A stretch of DNA of 64,000 bases from assembly GCF_963921235.1 (NCBI RefSeq), contig NC_086097.1, positions 84,756,001-84,820,000 of the forward strand. The letters run 5' to 3'. Source of the DNA: Mobula hypostoma. Taxonomy: Eukaryota. This document shows positions 1 to 13,344 of this stretch, in pieces. The first letter of the stretch is position 1. Every line of letters begins with the position of its first letter. The notes under the pieces were generated by a model that did not search any database, was not told the DNA's origin, and saw nothing but the letters and a program-made list of their open reading frames with translations. The position numbers and the translations under genes were made by a program.

Positions 1-247
1 TCACTAAGGATGATTTAAATATCTCTGCTAGAGCTCGGGCAATTTCTGTATTTGCCTCCTGTAGCATCAGAGGGCATACCTTGTCAGGCTCTGGGGATAT
101 ATCCACACTGATTTGCCACAGGATAGCATACACCTGTGATCTCTATATGGTCCAGGAAGTTGATGTTGCTTTGCCTCACTTCTATAGACATTGTGCCTGT
201 CTCTTGAGTAAATACAGATACAAAAAAATTATCTAAGATCTCCTCCA

Positions 248-340
248 ACACATATAAAAGTTGCTGGTGAACGCAGCAGGCCAGGCAGCATCTCTAGGAA
301 GAGGTGCAGTCGACGTTTCAGGCTGAGACCCTTCGTCAGG
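248..340 (-). mobile_element. Penelope-like pseudo-LTR fragment with a truncated hammerhead motif
   Basis: 13-bp TSD aagatctcctcca at 235-247 and 341-353; minus strand reads CTGACGA-agggtctcagcct-GAAAC-GTC-gactg. Confidence 0.8.
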
Positions 341-1171
341 AAGATCTCCTCCATCTGTTTTGGCTCCACACATGGATTCCATTCTGGTTTTCCTGAGGAC
401 CAGTTGTGTCCCTTGCAATCATTGTGCTCTTAACATATCTGTAGAATCTCTTGGGATTCTCCTTCACTTTGTCTGCTAGAGCAACTTCATGCCTAATTTT
501 AGCCCTCCTGATTTCTTTCTTAAGTGTTCTCTTGGCATTTCTTAAAGTCCGTAAGCACCTCATTTGTTCCTATCTGCCTATACCTGCTATGCACCTCCTT
601 TTTTTCTCTTAACCAGGGCCTCTATATCTCTTGAAAATCAAGGTTCCCTATACTTGTTATCTTTGCCTTTTATTCTGACAGGCACATACAAGCTTTGTAC
701 TCTCAAAATTTCCCTTTTGAAGGCCTCCCACATACCAAGTACACCTTTGCCAGAAAGCAGCCTGTCCCATCCACACTTACTTGCCAGATCATTTCTGATA
801 CCATCATAATTGGTGTTACTCCAATTTAGAATCTCAACCTGTGGATCAGACCTAACTTTTTTGCTAATTTATTTTGAAACTAATGGCATTGAAGTCACCC
901 AGATGCAAAGTGTTCCCCTACACAAACTTTTGTTGCCTTCTCTGTCTTGTTTCCTAATAGCAGATCCAGAATCGCATGCTCCCTTGTTTGGACCTCTACA
1001 TACTGATGAAGGAAGCTTTCCTGAGCACATTTGACAAACTATCCATCTAGTCCTTTTATAGTATGGGATTTCCAGTCAATATATGGAAAATAAAAATCCC
1101 CTACTAAAACAACCTTATGTTTCTCGCAACAGTCTGCAATCTCTCTACAAATTTGTTCCTTTAATTCTCTA

Positions 1172-2095
1172 AGATTTAAAGTGGCAGTGTTAGCTGTGAG
1201 GAGGATGCTAAGAGGATGCAGGGTGACTTAGATAGATTAGGTGAGTGGGCAAATTCATGGTAGATGCAATTTAATGTGGATAAATGTGAGGTTATCCACT
1301 TTGGTGGCAAGAATAGGAAAACAGATTATTATCTGAATGCTGGCCGATTAGGAAAAGGGGAGGTGCAATGAGACCTGGGTGTCATTGTACACCAGTCATT
1401 GAAAGTGGGCATGCAGGTAAGCAGGCGGTGAAAAAGGTGAATGGTATGCTGGCATTTATAGCGAGAGGATTCGAGTACAGGAGCAGGGAGGTACTACTGC
1501 AGTTGTACAAGGCCTTGGTGAGACCACACCTAGAGTATTGTGTGCAGTTTTGTTCCCCTAATCTGAGGAAAGACATTCTTGCCATAGAGGGAGTACAAAG
1601 AAGGTTCACCAGATTGATTCCTGGGATGGCAGGACTTTCATATGATGAAAGACTGGATCAGCTAGGCTTATACTCTCTGGAATTTAGAAGATTGACGGGG
1701 GGATCTTACTGAAACGTATAAAATCCTAAAGGGATTGGACAGGCTAGATGCAGGAAGATTGTTCCCGATGTTGGGAAAGTCCAGAACAAGGGGTCACAGT
1801 TTGAGGGTAAAGGGGAAGCCTTTTAGGACCGAGATGAGGAAAAACTTCTTCACACAGAGAGTGGTGAATTTGTGAAATTCTCTGCCACAGGAAACAGTTG
1901 AGGCCAGTTCATTGGCTATATTTAAGAGGGAGTTAGATATGGCCCTTGTGGCTAAAGGGATCAGCAGGTATGGAGAGAAAGCAAGTACAGAGTTCTGAGT
2001 TGGATGATCAGCCATGATCGTACTGAATGGTGGTGCAGGCTCAGAGGGCCGAGTGGCCTACTCCTGCACCTATTTTCTATGTTTCTATGTTTCTA
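1172..2095 (+). mobile_element. Young 5'-truncated CR1 LINE 3' end
   Basis: ORF 1368..1712 (LYKALVRPHLEYCVQF...VQRRFTRLIPGM); 3' tail (tttctatg)n; near-identical inverted copy at 54521-55170. Confidence 0.9.
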
Positions 2096-3604
2096 GGACT
2101 ATTGGGTGGTCTGTAATATAGCCCCATTAATATGGTTGTACCTTTCTTATTTCTCTGTTCCATCCATAATGTCTCAGTAGACAAGTTCTCCAGTCTGACC
2201 TGATGGAGCACAGCCGTGACCTTTTCCCTGGCTTGTAATGCTACCCCTCCTCCTTTAACCCCTCCCTCTCTGTCACATCTGAAACAACGGAACCCCAGAA
2301 TATTGAGCTACCAGTCCTGCCACTCCTGCAACCAAGTCTCTCTAATGGTTACAATGTCATAATTCCAGGTGTTGACCCATGTCCTGAGCTCATCCGCCTT
2401 TTCTACAATACTTCTTGTATTGAAAAATAAGCAACTTAGGACACTAGTTGCACCATGCTCAATCTTTTGATTCCTGACTTTGTTCGAGGTCGTACAAACT
2501 TCTCTCTTCACAACCTCTCCACTAACTGTTCGGGCACTCTGGTTCCTATCCCCCCGCAACTCTAGTTTGAACTCCACCATGCAGAATTAGCAAACCTTTA
2601 CCATAGAACCTTCCCCTTCTAGTTCAGGTGCAAACCATCTCTTCTGTCTGTACATAAGGAAATCAATACTGTACACAGGACTCCAGATGCGGTTTCACCA
2701 ATGCCCCATATAAGTGAAGTATAGACCTCTCACCCCTACTTTTGTGTAAAGTTCCCACCCAATAGTTAACAATTGTTCCTAATGAGTTGTATCATGTATA
2801 GTATTATGCACCAGCATGCTGAGATCCTTCTCTTTATCAGTATTCTGCAGTCTGTTCTGTCTGCATGTTAAAATGAGCTTTCTTGAGCTATAGTAATTCC
2901 AGTTTTGATGATGGGACTGTTGAGTGGAGATGGTAATTCTGTTTCTCTCTCTCCACAGATGCTTCTGGTCCTGCTCCAAAATCAAAGTATTTTAATTTTG
3001 ATTCGCCTTTTCTTGCTTTCTTTCAAATGCAAACTAGAAGACATTTCTTTTGTATTTGTGAATCTCTTTTAGAGTAAAAGCTCTGACTGCAAAAATGACC
3101 ATTTAAATTTTGTACACTTCTCCAAGAGGGAACCTGCCTACGTTTTCATGTTTGATTTTGAGCAGGACTTTTTTTCTGTTGTTTATTTGTATTTCTTTTT
3201 GTTTAAACTTTTTAAAAATGCGAAACTGATTGCATCCAAGTCACATCATATTTGATATAACATTTAATCCTGAACCACTTTCAATTCCATTTGCACTTGG
3301 TCACGAGGGCATGTATGAGAGCACTGCAGCATGACTAATTTTTGTCCTTGAGGAAGAAGTACAATTATGGATTCATGGTTTTTAGCTTATGGCAACCCAA
3401 GTCTTGGCAAGTTCATGCTGAATGTCTAACCATTTGAGTCACACATTTTATTTAATGTTTTTCTATGGTTGAATGGTTCTCTTTCAAATAATTGCCACAT
3501 TGCTAAGCCCCAGGATCTACTTTCGTCATGAACTTGATTATAAGTAAATTGGAACTGTTCAAAATTTAGGATGTGACATCAAAGTACATGTCTGGCTCAA
3601 CAAT

Positions 3605-3730
3605 AGTAGTGCTGGGTGTAGTAGAGCTGCTGCCTCAGCTCCAGTGAAGGTTCATTCCTGAGCTTCATTGCAGTTTGTTGGAGTTTACATGCAGTCCCTC
3701 CAGAGAATTGGATAGCTATTGAGTTACTGT
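3605..3730 (+). mobile_element. Decayed tRNA-derived (V-type) SINE remnant
   Basis: A/B-box-like head (ggtgtagtagagctgctgcctca...ggttcattcctg) followed by ggagtttacatg. Confidence 0.4.
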
Positions 3731-4145
3731 TGAGTTGCAACAGTAACTATTCATGGGAATCATATACAGTCAGTGGCCAGTTCATTAGGTACACCTGCTT
3801 GTTGATGCAAGTATCTGATCAGCTGATCATGTGGCAGCAACTCATCGCATAAAAGCATGTAGACATGGTCAAGAGGCTCAGTTGTTGTTTAGACTAAATA
3901 TGAGAATGGGGAAGAAATCTGATCGAAATGTCTTTGTGGAATGATTGTTGGCACCTGACAGGGTGATTTGAGTCCACGCACAAGTTTTGAAAGCTTATTG
4001 AGAATAATGCGAAAAAAAAAACAAGAATGTCCAGTGAGTAGCAGTTCTGTGGCTGAAAGTGGTCAGAGGAGAATGGCCAAACGGGTTCAAACTGACAAGA
4101 AGGTGACAGAAACTCAAATAATGTATTAAAACAGTGGTGTACAAT

Positions 4146-7100
4146 CTTCTTCGGTTGTCCATCGAAATCCGATGACGACGTCTACTCCTTTAACGGTGAG
4201 ATCTTTGATGACTACACAGTCCTATCCTGGACCCACAAGCTCTATTGCAGGCGGGACGTGTATATGTAGTAGTGGTGGCAACCATGGTTGCATTTCTCCT
4301 GGCTCTTCTGCTGTCTTCTGGTTGTTCTTTCCAACTCCAGAATACAAACCTCGTCCCTACACAGCTGTCGCCAAGTGGTACGGTCAGCAGCAACCTCCTC
4401 CAGGTCCTCGGGTCTGATCTTGCACTACCTTAAACGTTCTTCATCTGATCCTTATAGCGCTTCTTCTGTCCTCCAGCTGAGTGTCGACCATGATGTAGCT
4501 GGCCGTATAACACTCTGCAGGGTAGCCGACATAGGGGCATCCTTATCACGTGCCCCAGCCACTGCAGCTGATGCTGGGTGATCATGGCCTCAAAACTCCT
4601 GCAGTTGGTCTTTACAAGTATTTCAGTGCGAGGCACCCGCTCACGCCAGGTAATTCCCGGGATGTGCTGGAGGCAGCTAATGTGGAAACACTCCAAGGAC
4701 TTGATGTGACGGCTGTAGGTTACCCAAGCTTCACAGCTATAAAGGAGGCTGGTGACACAGACCGCCTGGTATACAGCGACCTTTGTGGAGGGATGAAGGC
4801 TCCTGTTCTGAAAGACTACGCCGAAGTCTCCCAAAGGCAGCTGATGCCTGTTTAATGCGGCTTTGGATGTCATTGCCAATGCCGCTATCCTCAGAGAGAA
4901 TGCTCCCCAGATATTTGAAAGATGGCACTACTGACAGCTCTTCATCACCAACAGTGAAGGCAGGTAGAGTGGGTGGGACACTGGTACTTCACTGGCAAAC
5001 CACTTCTGTCTTGGTGGTATTGACAGTCAGCCCCATCCTGCTGTATGCTCTCACTGCCACAGCAAGGACAGTCTAAAGATCCTCCAGAGTATGGGCCACA
5101 AGAGCACAGTCGTCTGCATACTGCAGCTCCAGGACCCGCTCTCTTCTGAGTTTGGTGGTTGCGTGGAGCCTCCTGATGTCAAAGAGGTTGCCATCTAATC
5201 TGACGTCCACTGCCACACTGCTGATGTCTTCAATCTCGTTGTGGAGAAGTTTGGTAACACACAAGAGGAAGATGTTAAAGAGTACTGGCGCTAGCACACA
5301 CCCCTGTCTCACCCCTGTGCGTAGAAGGAAGGACTCGGACTCTTGTCCTGCTACAGTCACCCGAGCAGTCATCCCATCGTGGAACTGGCGGAGGATGTTA
5401 ACAAATTTATTAGGACAGCCAAACCTGAGGAGGACATCCCATAAGAGCTCTCTTTGCACAGTGTCGAATGCTTTGGAGAGGTCGACAAAGGCCATAAACA
5501 GGACCTGATGTTGCTCCCGGCACTTTTCCTGAAGCTGCCGGGCTGTGAAGATCATGTCGATCATGCTCCTGTTCTTCCTAAATCCACACTGCGATTCAGG
5601 CAGCATTGACTCTGTGATGTTGCTGATGAGTCTCTGAAGCATCACCTCAGCCAGGACCTTTCCAGCAACGGAAAGGAGTGATATGTCCCTGCTATTGCCG
5701 CAGATGACCTTGACACCCTTGTTCTTATAAATGACAATGATGTTTGCATTTCTCCATTGCTGTGGGATGTTCTTATCAGCCCAGGCCTTGGTGATGTACA
5801 GTACTGGTAGAGGGTGCGCATACACATGTACCCTCCGTTCTTCAGTAACTCAGCAGGGATATTGTCAGTGCCAGGGGACTTGTTGTCCTTAAGGGAATGG
5901 ACAGCTGATAGAACCTCCTGGAAGGTTGGTGGTAGACTGAGGTCGTGGATAGGAGGAAGTTCAGGCAGTTTGTCCTGGATGGTGGGGTCTGCGTCAGAGT
6001 CCTCATTAAGCAGGGTGTTAAAATGCTCAACCCACCTCAGCAGAATGGTTTTCTGATTCTTCAGAAGTGTTAGATCATCTGCTGTTTTCAGGGGAGTAAT
6101 GCATCGATTTATTGGGCCATAGATGGTTTTGACAGCATTGTAAAAATTATACATGTCATTATTATTGGCAAAGGACCGGATTTCGTGTGCCTTGTCAGTC
6201 CACCACTCATTATGTGTGGCCTGTATTGCCTTTTGCACTTTCCTACAAGCTGCCTGCCAATGCTTCTTGATGCCGGTGGATGAATGGTTGTTTAAAGTTG
6301 CCCGGTGTGCTTTGTGCATGTCCTTAAGCCAGTTCTGGATGGTGTCTGAGTTATCGTCAAACCAGTCTTGGTGGTCCCTGCTCTTATGGCCGATGGATTG
6401 GGCTGCTGCCTCATAGAGCGCAGAGCTGATATAGGTCCACTGTTGTTCCGTGGTATTTTCTGAGCTCAGACAAGGTACCAGCTCCCTTAGTTTCTCAGCT
6501 AGAATGCATCAAAACTCACTTCTTGCTTCTGTGTTTCTCAGGCGGTTGCAATTTAGCCACTTTTTATTGGGTTTTTGCAGTCACGGGGGGTGCGGGCGGG
6601 GGGGAACGCACTTTCACATGGAGCTTGGCCACAATCCTATGGTGGTCAGTCCAGCACTCTGCACCTCTCATGGCACGGGTGATGAGAACATGCTTGATGT
6701 CACTACGTCTCACAATGATGAAGTCAATCATGTGCCAACGTTTAGAGCGAGGGTGCATCCACGGGGTCTTATATTTTGCCTTCTGCTGGAAGATGGTGTT
6801 GGTTATGGTAAGGTTATGCTCAGAACAAAGAGTAAGTAGCCTCATGCCATTTGCATTCACCTTGCCTATACAGTGCCTACCTAGCACTCCACTCCATATC
6901 CTGTTGTTCTGTCCCACCCTAGCGTTGAAGTCCCCAAGCAAAAGGACCTCATCATTCTTAGGGATCCGGCAAAGAGCTTCATCCAATGTCTGGTAAAAGC
7001 ATTCCTTGGCCTCATTCTCAGATGGCACAGTTGGTGCATAGGCACTGAGAAGCATGGTATAACATTTCTTTGCCGGGGGATACGGAGGGTCATTAGTCTT

Positions 7101-8359
7101 TCACTAATGCCAACAGGTGTTTCTGTGAGACTTGGTAGAAAGGTGTTCCTGATGGCCAGTCCTACTCCATGGAGATGTTGTCCGCCTGGGGGGAAACTTT
7201 TCCAGAAGAAGGTGCCTGAATCCCTTCCTCTGTTAAAGAGCCTTCATCCAGGAGCCTGGTCTCACTCAGGGCAGCAATATCAATGTTGTAGCGCCTCAGC
7301 TCAGCAGCAATCAAGGCTGTTCTCCGGTGAGGTCTGTCAGAGATGCCATATGAGTCCAGGAGAGTCCTTACCTTCCGTGTTGCCAGTTTTAGGTTGTATT
7401 GTTTCTTATTTTGACTGCAGTAGTGGAATAACTTATCCAGGTGAGTGATTGAATGGGCAATTTTTAGGCCACCTTTTCTAGGCCCTTCCCCAACTGGGTC
7501 CCCAAAGTGCAGTTCCTAAATAGGGATGCCCAGTCGCACAGGGGTCTGCAGAAAACAGTTGCCACTCAGTCCCAGCTGTTAACGACCAAATACTCTGTGC
7601 CGCTGCCATGCACGGTTCTGACTAGGAGCTCCCAGTCCATTCATACCTGCTCCCTTTGCCAGATGCCCCATTGCTGTCAGACTTCAACCAGGTATTGTTG
7701 ATCGTGGTCAGAGGTGGAGACCTGTACAAGGAAGATTTTAAAGTGCCACAGGGGGTGCGCCATCCCCAGTAGCACTATCTTCACCATGATGAGGTAAGTC
7801 CTGGTGGCAAGGGTGATCCCAGGACAACCGGTCCCACATCTTGGCTGCCGGGTCCTTGGTCTGTTAAGGCCCGCCTATTGCGTGCTGCCAGCGCATTGCT
7901 TTTCTGTCAGGGTGTGCTCCCTTAGCCTTGTCTCAATAGAGTTACCACAAGGCAGGGGGGCTATTTTCCCATAGCTGGGACAGTGGTTGACAGGCGCCAG
8001 GGCGTGTCCACACAGTGGTGGGCCTTCACGCTACGTCACTGGGGCCACTGCTGCTCCGAGATCCCCTGTAGTTTAGCCTGGGACTGTAAGATACCCAGTT
8101 TCCATGTGTGGCCCCGACAGGGCACTGCAGGAGTCTTGGTGGTGGAGAGGCTCTGTACTGGCAGGAGGAGGCTTACACACTCGGCTCCACTTTTCACCCT
8201 CTATTAAGAAGGCTAGCCAGCGGCAATAGCTGTAAGCAGAGAGCACTATGCGGCATACAGAATGCCGCATGCACTGACTACAAGCACGACAACACTATTG
8301 CACTACTGCACTAGGACACTTCACACGCACCCTGTGAGCAAATACTCCCATCCACACAC
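4146..8359 (-). mobile_element. Near full-length RTE-clade LINE (APE + RT + C-terminal C2H2-like motif), frameshifted
   Basis: APE 6564..7055 (SAYAPT, LLGDFNARVG, IDFIIVR, TDH); RT 5073..5825 (QCGFR, FVDLSKAFD, GVRQGCVLAP, YADD); 4430..4879; PACNRACGSRIGLCSHQRSH; TSD ggtgtacaat at 4136-4145 and 8360-8369. Confidence 0.93.
8063..8359 (-). ncRNA. HDV-like ribozyme fold at the RTE 5' end (L3 apparently decayed)
   Basis: P1 GUGUGUG (8359-8353)/CACACAU (8110-8104) with G1.U wobble; P2 CUCCUGCAGU/ACUACAGGGG (1 mismatch); P3 GCC/GGC; GG after P1'; P4 CUGGG..CCCAG; J4/2 GCUAA with catalytic-position C at 8076; L3 is non-canonical CUGUCGG. Confidence 0.7.
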
Positions 8360-8489
8360 GGTGTACAATAGAGCATCTCTGACCACACAATGCACCGAAC
8401 CGCGAAGTAGAGGGGCCACGGCAGGGGAAGACCACATTGGGTTCCACTCCTGTCCATAATAAAGTGGCCACTGAGTGTATACTGTTACT

Positions 8490-10100
8490 AAACATTTATA
8501 TAGCAACTTCAATGTAGTAAAACATCTCACAGCATTTCATGGGAGCATTATCAAATGAATGTTGACCTTCAGGATCTGTTGGGAATGATCAACAGAAGGT
8601 ATAACACAACAATGTTTAAGGAGCTGAATAATAGAAGAATTTAGGGAGGGAATTCCAAACTTTAGTATCTAGACAATTGAAGGTACAGTAGCCAGTAACG
8701 TCACAATTAAAAGCAGGAATGCAAGGGGGCCAATATTAGAAAAGTGTAGGGAATATGAATTTTAATGGATCTGCAGATGGAGAAGGGAAGGATGTGGATT
8801 AGCAGATTTGTAAAATTGAGCTATTGTTAGACCAGGAGTCAGTCTAGGTTCACAGGTACAGGAACATAACGGTTGAATACACTTTGGTTAAATTTAGGAT
8901 GGAATGAAGGCGAGAGGTTGACTGGAATGGTCGGAAGTGCAAGTGACAAGGGTAGAAGCCAGGGATTTAGTAGCAGATGAGTTTGGAATCTGTTTTATGG
9001 AGGTGGAAAAAGGTCTTCGTAATGAAACAGAAATTAGTTGGAAGCTGTTCTTGGGACCAAATGCAGCACAATGATGTTAGAAACCAGGAATCGTGCTTGT
9101 GACTTGGACAGTTGCCTACCCTTTTCAGTAAATGGTTGAAGGATATTTCTGCTGATTAAATATTGGATGTGACCATCAATTTAGAGATTGTGAAGGGATC
9201 AGAGAATGGTGTTTATGCCTTGGGTTGAGGACAGTTAATTCACCATTCCTAACATATGGTTGGACAATACTTCAACCGTACGCTAGGAAGTAACAGTTTA
9301 AAGTCTGTGAAGGGTTTGGAAGAGGTGGTGGTGAATGTATCAGTATACATATGAAATTTGTGTTTCTAGATAATATCAGAGGCTAAAAATAATAGGCCAA
9401 GGGTAGATATTAGGGAAATCTCCAGAGGTAATGGTGTGGGAAGATGAACCATCTCAGGAGACGTGCAATGACTGGATTGCTGTAAGTGGTGCCAGGATGG
9501 TGTGTTTCCATTCAGCACAACATGAGTGGGGAGGCACTGGACCAGGATTATGTGATGAACTGTATTCAAGGTTGTGGTCAGGCTAAGGGATAGCCATCGT
9601 CAAACACATATCATAATTTTATATTTTCAGTGCTATGTTGTGGGAAGCTGACTGGTGGGAATTAAACAACATACTTTGGAAATATGGACAAGCATCTGGC
9701 AACATGTTCACACAAAAGGAACAGACAAGAGAGTTACAAGAATGGAGGAGTCTGGTACATGTCTTGTGAGAAAAACACTGGCCAAGTATAGTGTTGTATG
9801 TGTAGGTATATGTTAATAGAATTGGCTAATGCTGACCAGAAGTAAAGTGTTGGTGATCAGTAATCTGGTCGAGGGAGCAGGAAATGGGTATAATGGACAT
9901 ACCATGAAAGAGAATATGGGCAAATTTGAGGCTGGGATGGGAGGGTGCCTTTAAGAGTTTTTTCAAATAGTCTGGCAGAGCGAGTTGTTTGAGGATGCTA
10001 CCAGAAGTGGTGGAGCGAGATGACTGGTTGGTACTTCTAGTAAAAAGCCTGGGCTCCTGGGATGATAATTGGAGCTGATGTTGAAGAAGATCAGACGGGT
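8490..10100 (-). mobile_element. Possible very old L2/CR1-group LINE remnant
   Basis: Purine-rich decayed sequence with an L2-like 3' segment (ttagggagggaattccaaac) similar to 16730-16990; no intact ORF. Confidence 0.35.
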
Positions 10101-10524
10101 TTAACAGTGCCTTTTTTTCAGCTGGGAGAAGTAGCCTGAAGTTATTGCTGCCTGAGGTATTCCAATTCTTCAGCTTCCTGGAAATTGAAATTCTCAATGT
10201 AATGCTACATTTTTTGATCTTCATTTATTGTGCTTGCTGTAGGAGCAATGTAGAATAAGCTGCAAGTTATGTGTTTCTGAGAATTTATACCAAATGTGAG
10301 AATGTGATGGCTGAGGTTAAGTATATCTGGTAATCTTCTCTGCATCTCACTTGATTGCCTTAGGGAGTTTGAGATGAATTTCACTGAGGCTTTATTTCTG
10401 AATTTGTCCACAAATGTTTAATCTTCTTTTCTGTTTCTTCAACAGTCTGCATCACCCAAGGTTTGGCAATATCACACACAATGTCTCATCAACTAATAAA
10501 CAAGATGAATATTGATGAGATAAA

Positions 10525-13330
10525 GACCATAAGACAGAGGAGCAGAATTAGGCCATTCAACCCATCAAGTCTGCTCCATCAATCCATCATATCTGATTAA
10601 TTATTCCTTTCAACCCCATTCTGCTGCCTTCTCCCTGTAACCTTTCAAACCCTGACTAATCAAGAATCTACCAACATCTGCTTTAAAAGTACCCAATGAT
10701 TTGGCTTCCACAGCCATCTGTGGCAATGAATTCCACAGATTTACTACCTCTGGCTAAAGAAATTCCCTCCTTATAAATGAACATCCCTTTATTCTGAACC
10801 TGTGCCCTCTGATCCAGAAGACCATAAGATATAGGAGCAGAATTGGGCCATTTTGCCATCAAGTCTGCTCTGCTATTTCGTCATGGCTGATCCACTTTCC
10901 CTGTCAGCCCCAATTTCCTGCCTTCTCCCTGTATCCCTTAATGCCCCGACTAATCAAGGATCTATCAACCTTTGCCTTAAATATACATAACAATGACCTC
11001 CATGGCCACCTGTGGCAATGAATTCCACCGATTCACCACTCTCTGACTAAAGGAAGTTCTCCTCTTCTCCATTCTAAAAGGATGCCCCTCTACTCTGAGG
11101 CTGTGTCCTCCGGAACAAGAGAAAATCAGCAGATGGCATTCTGTCCTCTCCTATCAGATTCCCTCTTCTCCAGCCCTGTATCTCTTTCATCAATCAACTT
11201 CCCAGTTCTTCAATTCACCCCTCCCACTCCCAGTTTTACTTATCACTTGTGTTTCTTCCTCCCCTCCCTCCACATTCTAAATTTGACTCCTCTCCTTTCT
11301 TTGTCAGTCCTACTGAAGGGTCTTGGCCGGAAACGTTAGCTATACTCTTTATTTACCCATAGATGCCTCCTGGCCTGCTGAGTTCCTACAGCATTTTGTG
11401 TGTGTTGCTGTGTCCTCTGGCCCTAAACTCTCTCACCATAGGAAACAACCTATCCACATGCACTCTATCAGGGTTTTCACCATTCAATTGGTTTCAATGA
11501 GGTCTCCCCTTGATTTTCTGAATTCTAGTGATTACGGGCCTAGAGCCAACAAACACTTTTTATATAACAAGCTGTTCAATTCTGGAATCATTTTCGTGAA
11601 CCTCCTTTGAACCCTCTCCAATGTCAGCACTCCCTTTCTATAAGGGGCCCAGAACTGCTCACAATGCTCCAAGAGAGGCCTCACCACTTCTTTATAAAGC
11701 TTCAACATTACAAACTTGCTTTTATATTTCAGTCCTCTTGAAATGAATGTTAACATTGCATTTGCCTTCCTAACCACAAACTCAATCTGCAAATTAACCT
11801 TTAGGGAATCCTCTTTTTGTTTTATGTTGGCTTTAATTTCTCTCCTATAGCCATGGTTGTGTCATCTTGTGTTTAGAATACTTCCTCCTGTTTGGAATGT
11901 ATATATCCTATGCCTTCTGAATTGCTTCCAGAAATTCCAGACATCGCTGCTCTGCTGTCATCCCTTCCAGTCTTCTTTTCAGCCAACTCCTCTTGCATGG
12001 CTCTGTAATTCCCTTTACTCCACTGTAATACTGATACATCTGACTTTAGCTTCTCCTTCTCAGATTTCAGTGTGAAAGTGATCATAATATGATCACTTTC
12101 TCCCAATGGTTCTTTAACCTTAAGATCTTTAATCAACTCTGGTTCATTGCACAACACCCAATCCAGAAAGGCTGACACCTAGTAGGCTCAACCATGAGCT
12201 GCTCTAAAACATTATCGTGTAGGCATTCTAGAAATGCCCCCTCTTGGGATCCAGCGCCATCCTAATTTTCCCAATCTACCTGCATATTGAAATCCCCTAT
12301 GACTGTTGTAACAGTGCCCTTTTGGCGTGCATTTTGTATCTCCCGTTGTAATTTGTAGACCATATCCTTACAACCCCCATCAGGGCCTTTTACCCTTGCA
12401 GTTCCCTAGCTCTATCCACAATGATTCAATGCCTTCTGACCCCATGTCACCCCTTCCTAATAATTTGATTTTGGTTTTTACCAAGAGAGCCACACCACCC
12501 TCTCTGCCTACCTGCCTTTCCTTTCGATACAATGTGTATTCATGGATATTAAGCTCCCAGCTATATTCTTCTTTCAGCCATGATTCAGTGATACCTACTA
12601 CATCAAACATGCCAATCTGTAACTATGCTTCAAGTTCATCTACCTTATACCTATACCGTGTGCCTTCAAATATAGCACCTTCAGTCTTGTATTCACGCTT
12701 TTTGATTTTGTCTGCCTTTTGCATTGCTGTTTCCTGCAATTTGACCCTATCATCAGCCTCTCCTTGCTAGTAGTCTCACTATATACTGCCTCGCCCTCAG
12801 CACTATCAATCTAGTTTCCATCCCCCTGCCAAATTAGTTAAACAATCCCAAAGAACTCTAGCAGACCTGGCTGCAAGGATTTTGGACCCCCTTGGATTCA
12901 GGTGTAACTCATCCCTCTTGTAAAGGTCGTACCTTCCCCAAAAGAAATCCCAGTGATCCATAAATCTGAACCCCTACCCCTTGCACCAGTTTCTCAGCCA
13001 CACCTGCCAAATCACGCTATACTTACCTTCACTGGCATGTGGCCTGGGCAGCAATCCAGAGATTACTACCCTGGAGGTCCTGTTTTTCATCTTTCTACCT
13101 AGCTCCCTAAAATCTCTTCATAACCTCCTCACCTTGTCTACCTATCTCATTGGTGCCAATATGCTCACCTCACATGGACCTGATTCGAATCATCCATGAT
13201 CTTGGCACCAGGGAGGCAACATACCATCCAGGTGTCTCTATTGTGCTCACAGAGTCATGTCTCTGTTCCTCTGACTGAGGAATCTCTTATCAATACTGCA
13301 GTACTCTTCACCTCTCTAATCTTCTGAGCC
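10525..13330 (-). mobile_element. CR1 LINE, internally deleted, with a duplicated 3' end (10525-10815 and from 10820)
   Basis: ORFs 11532..11792, 11873..12178 (LDWVLCNEP..EPLGESDH) and 12380..12610 (DVVGITESWL..GGVALLVK); two tandem gaccataaga 3' ends. Confidence 0.85.
11114..11406 (+). mobile_element. Penelope pseudo-LTR insertion with an inverted short 3' end
   Basis: TSD gctgtgtcctc(c/t)gg at 11100 and 11407; begins with inverted aacaagagaaaatcagcagatg; degenerate hammerhead ctactgaagggtcttggccggaaacgtt. Confidence 0.75.
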
Positions 13331-13344
13331 CCAGCACCAGACAC

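Larger units (their letters stand above)
1..2640 (-). mobile_element. Old degenerate CR1-type LINE (ORF2 APE/linker region), interrupted by two younger insertions
   Basis: Minus ORFs 336..563 (EIRRAKIRHEVALADKVKENPKRFYRYVKS) and 2308..2580 (FNTRSIVEKADELRTWVNTWNYDIVTIRETWLQ, APE N-terminus) are typical of CR1 ORF2; many stops and frameshifts. Confidence 0.8.
3767..8477. mobile_element. Tc1/mariner-type non-autonomous DNA transposon (~0.5 kb) split by the RTE insertion
   Basis: TIRs cagtcagtggccagttcatta (3767) and taataaagtggccactgagtg (ends 8477), flanked by TA at 3765-66 and 8478-79. Confidence 0.8.

Noticed and set aside
7905..7985. A second GGCUAA in the RTE 5' UTR as a possible ribozyme J4/2
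   Set aside because: No matching P1/P3; looks like a common RTE 5' UTR motif instead
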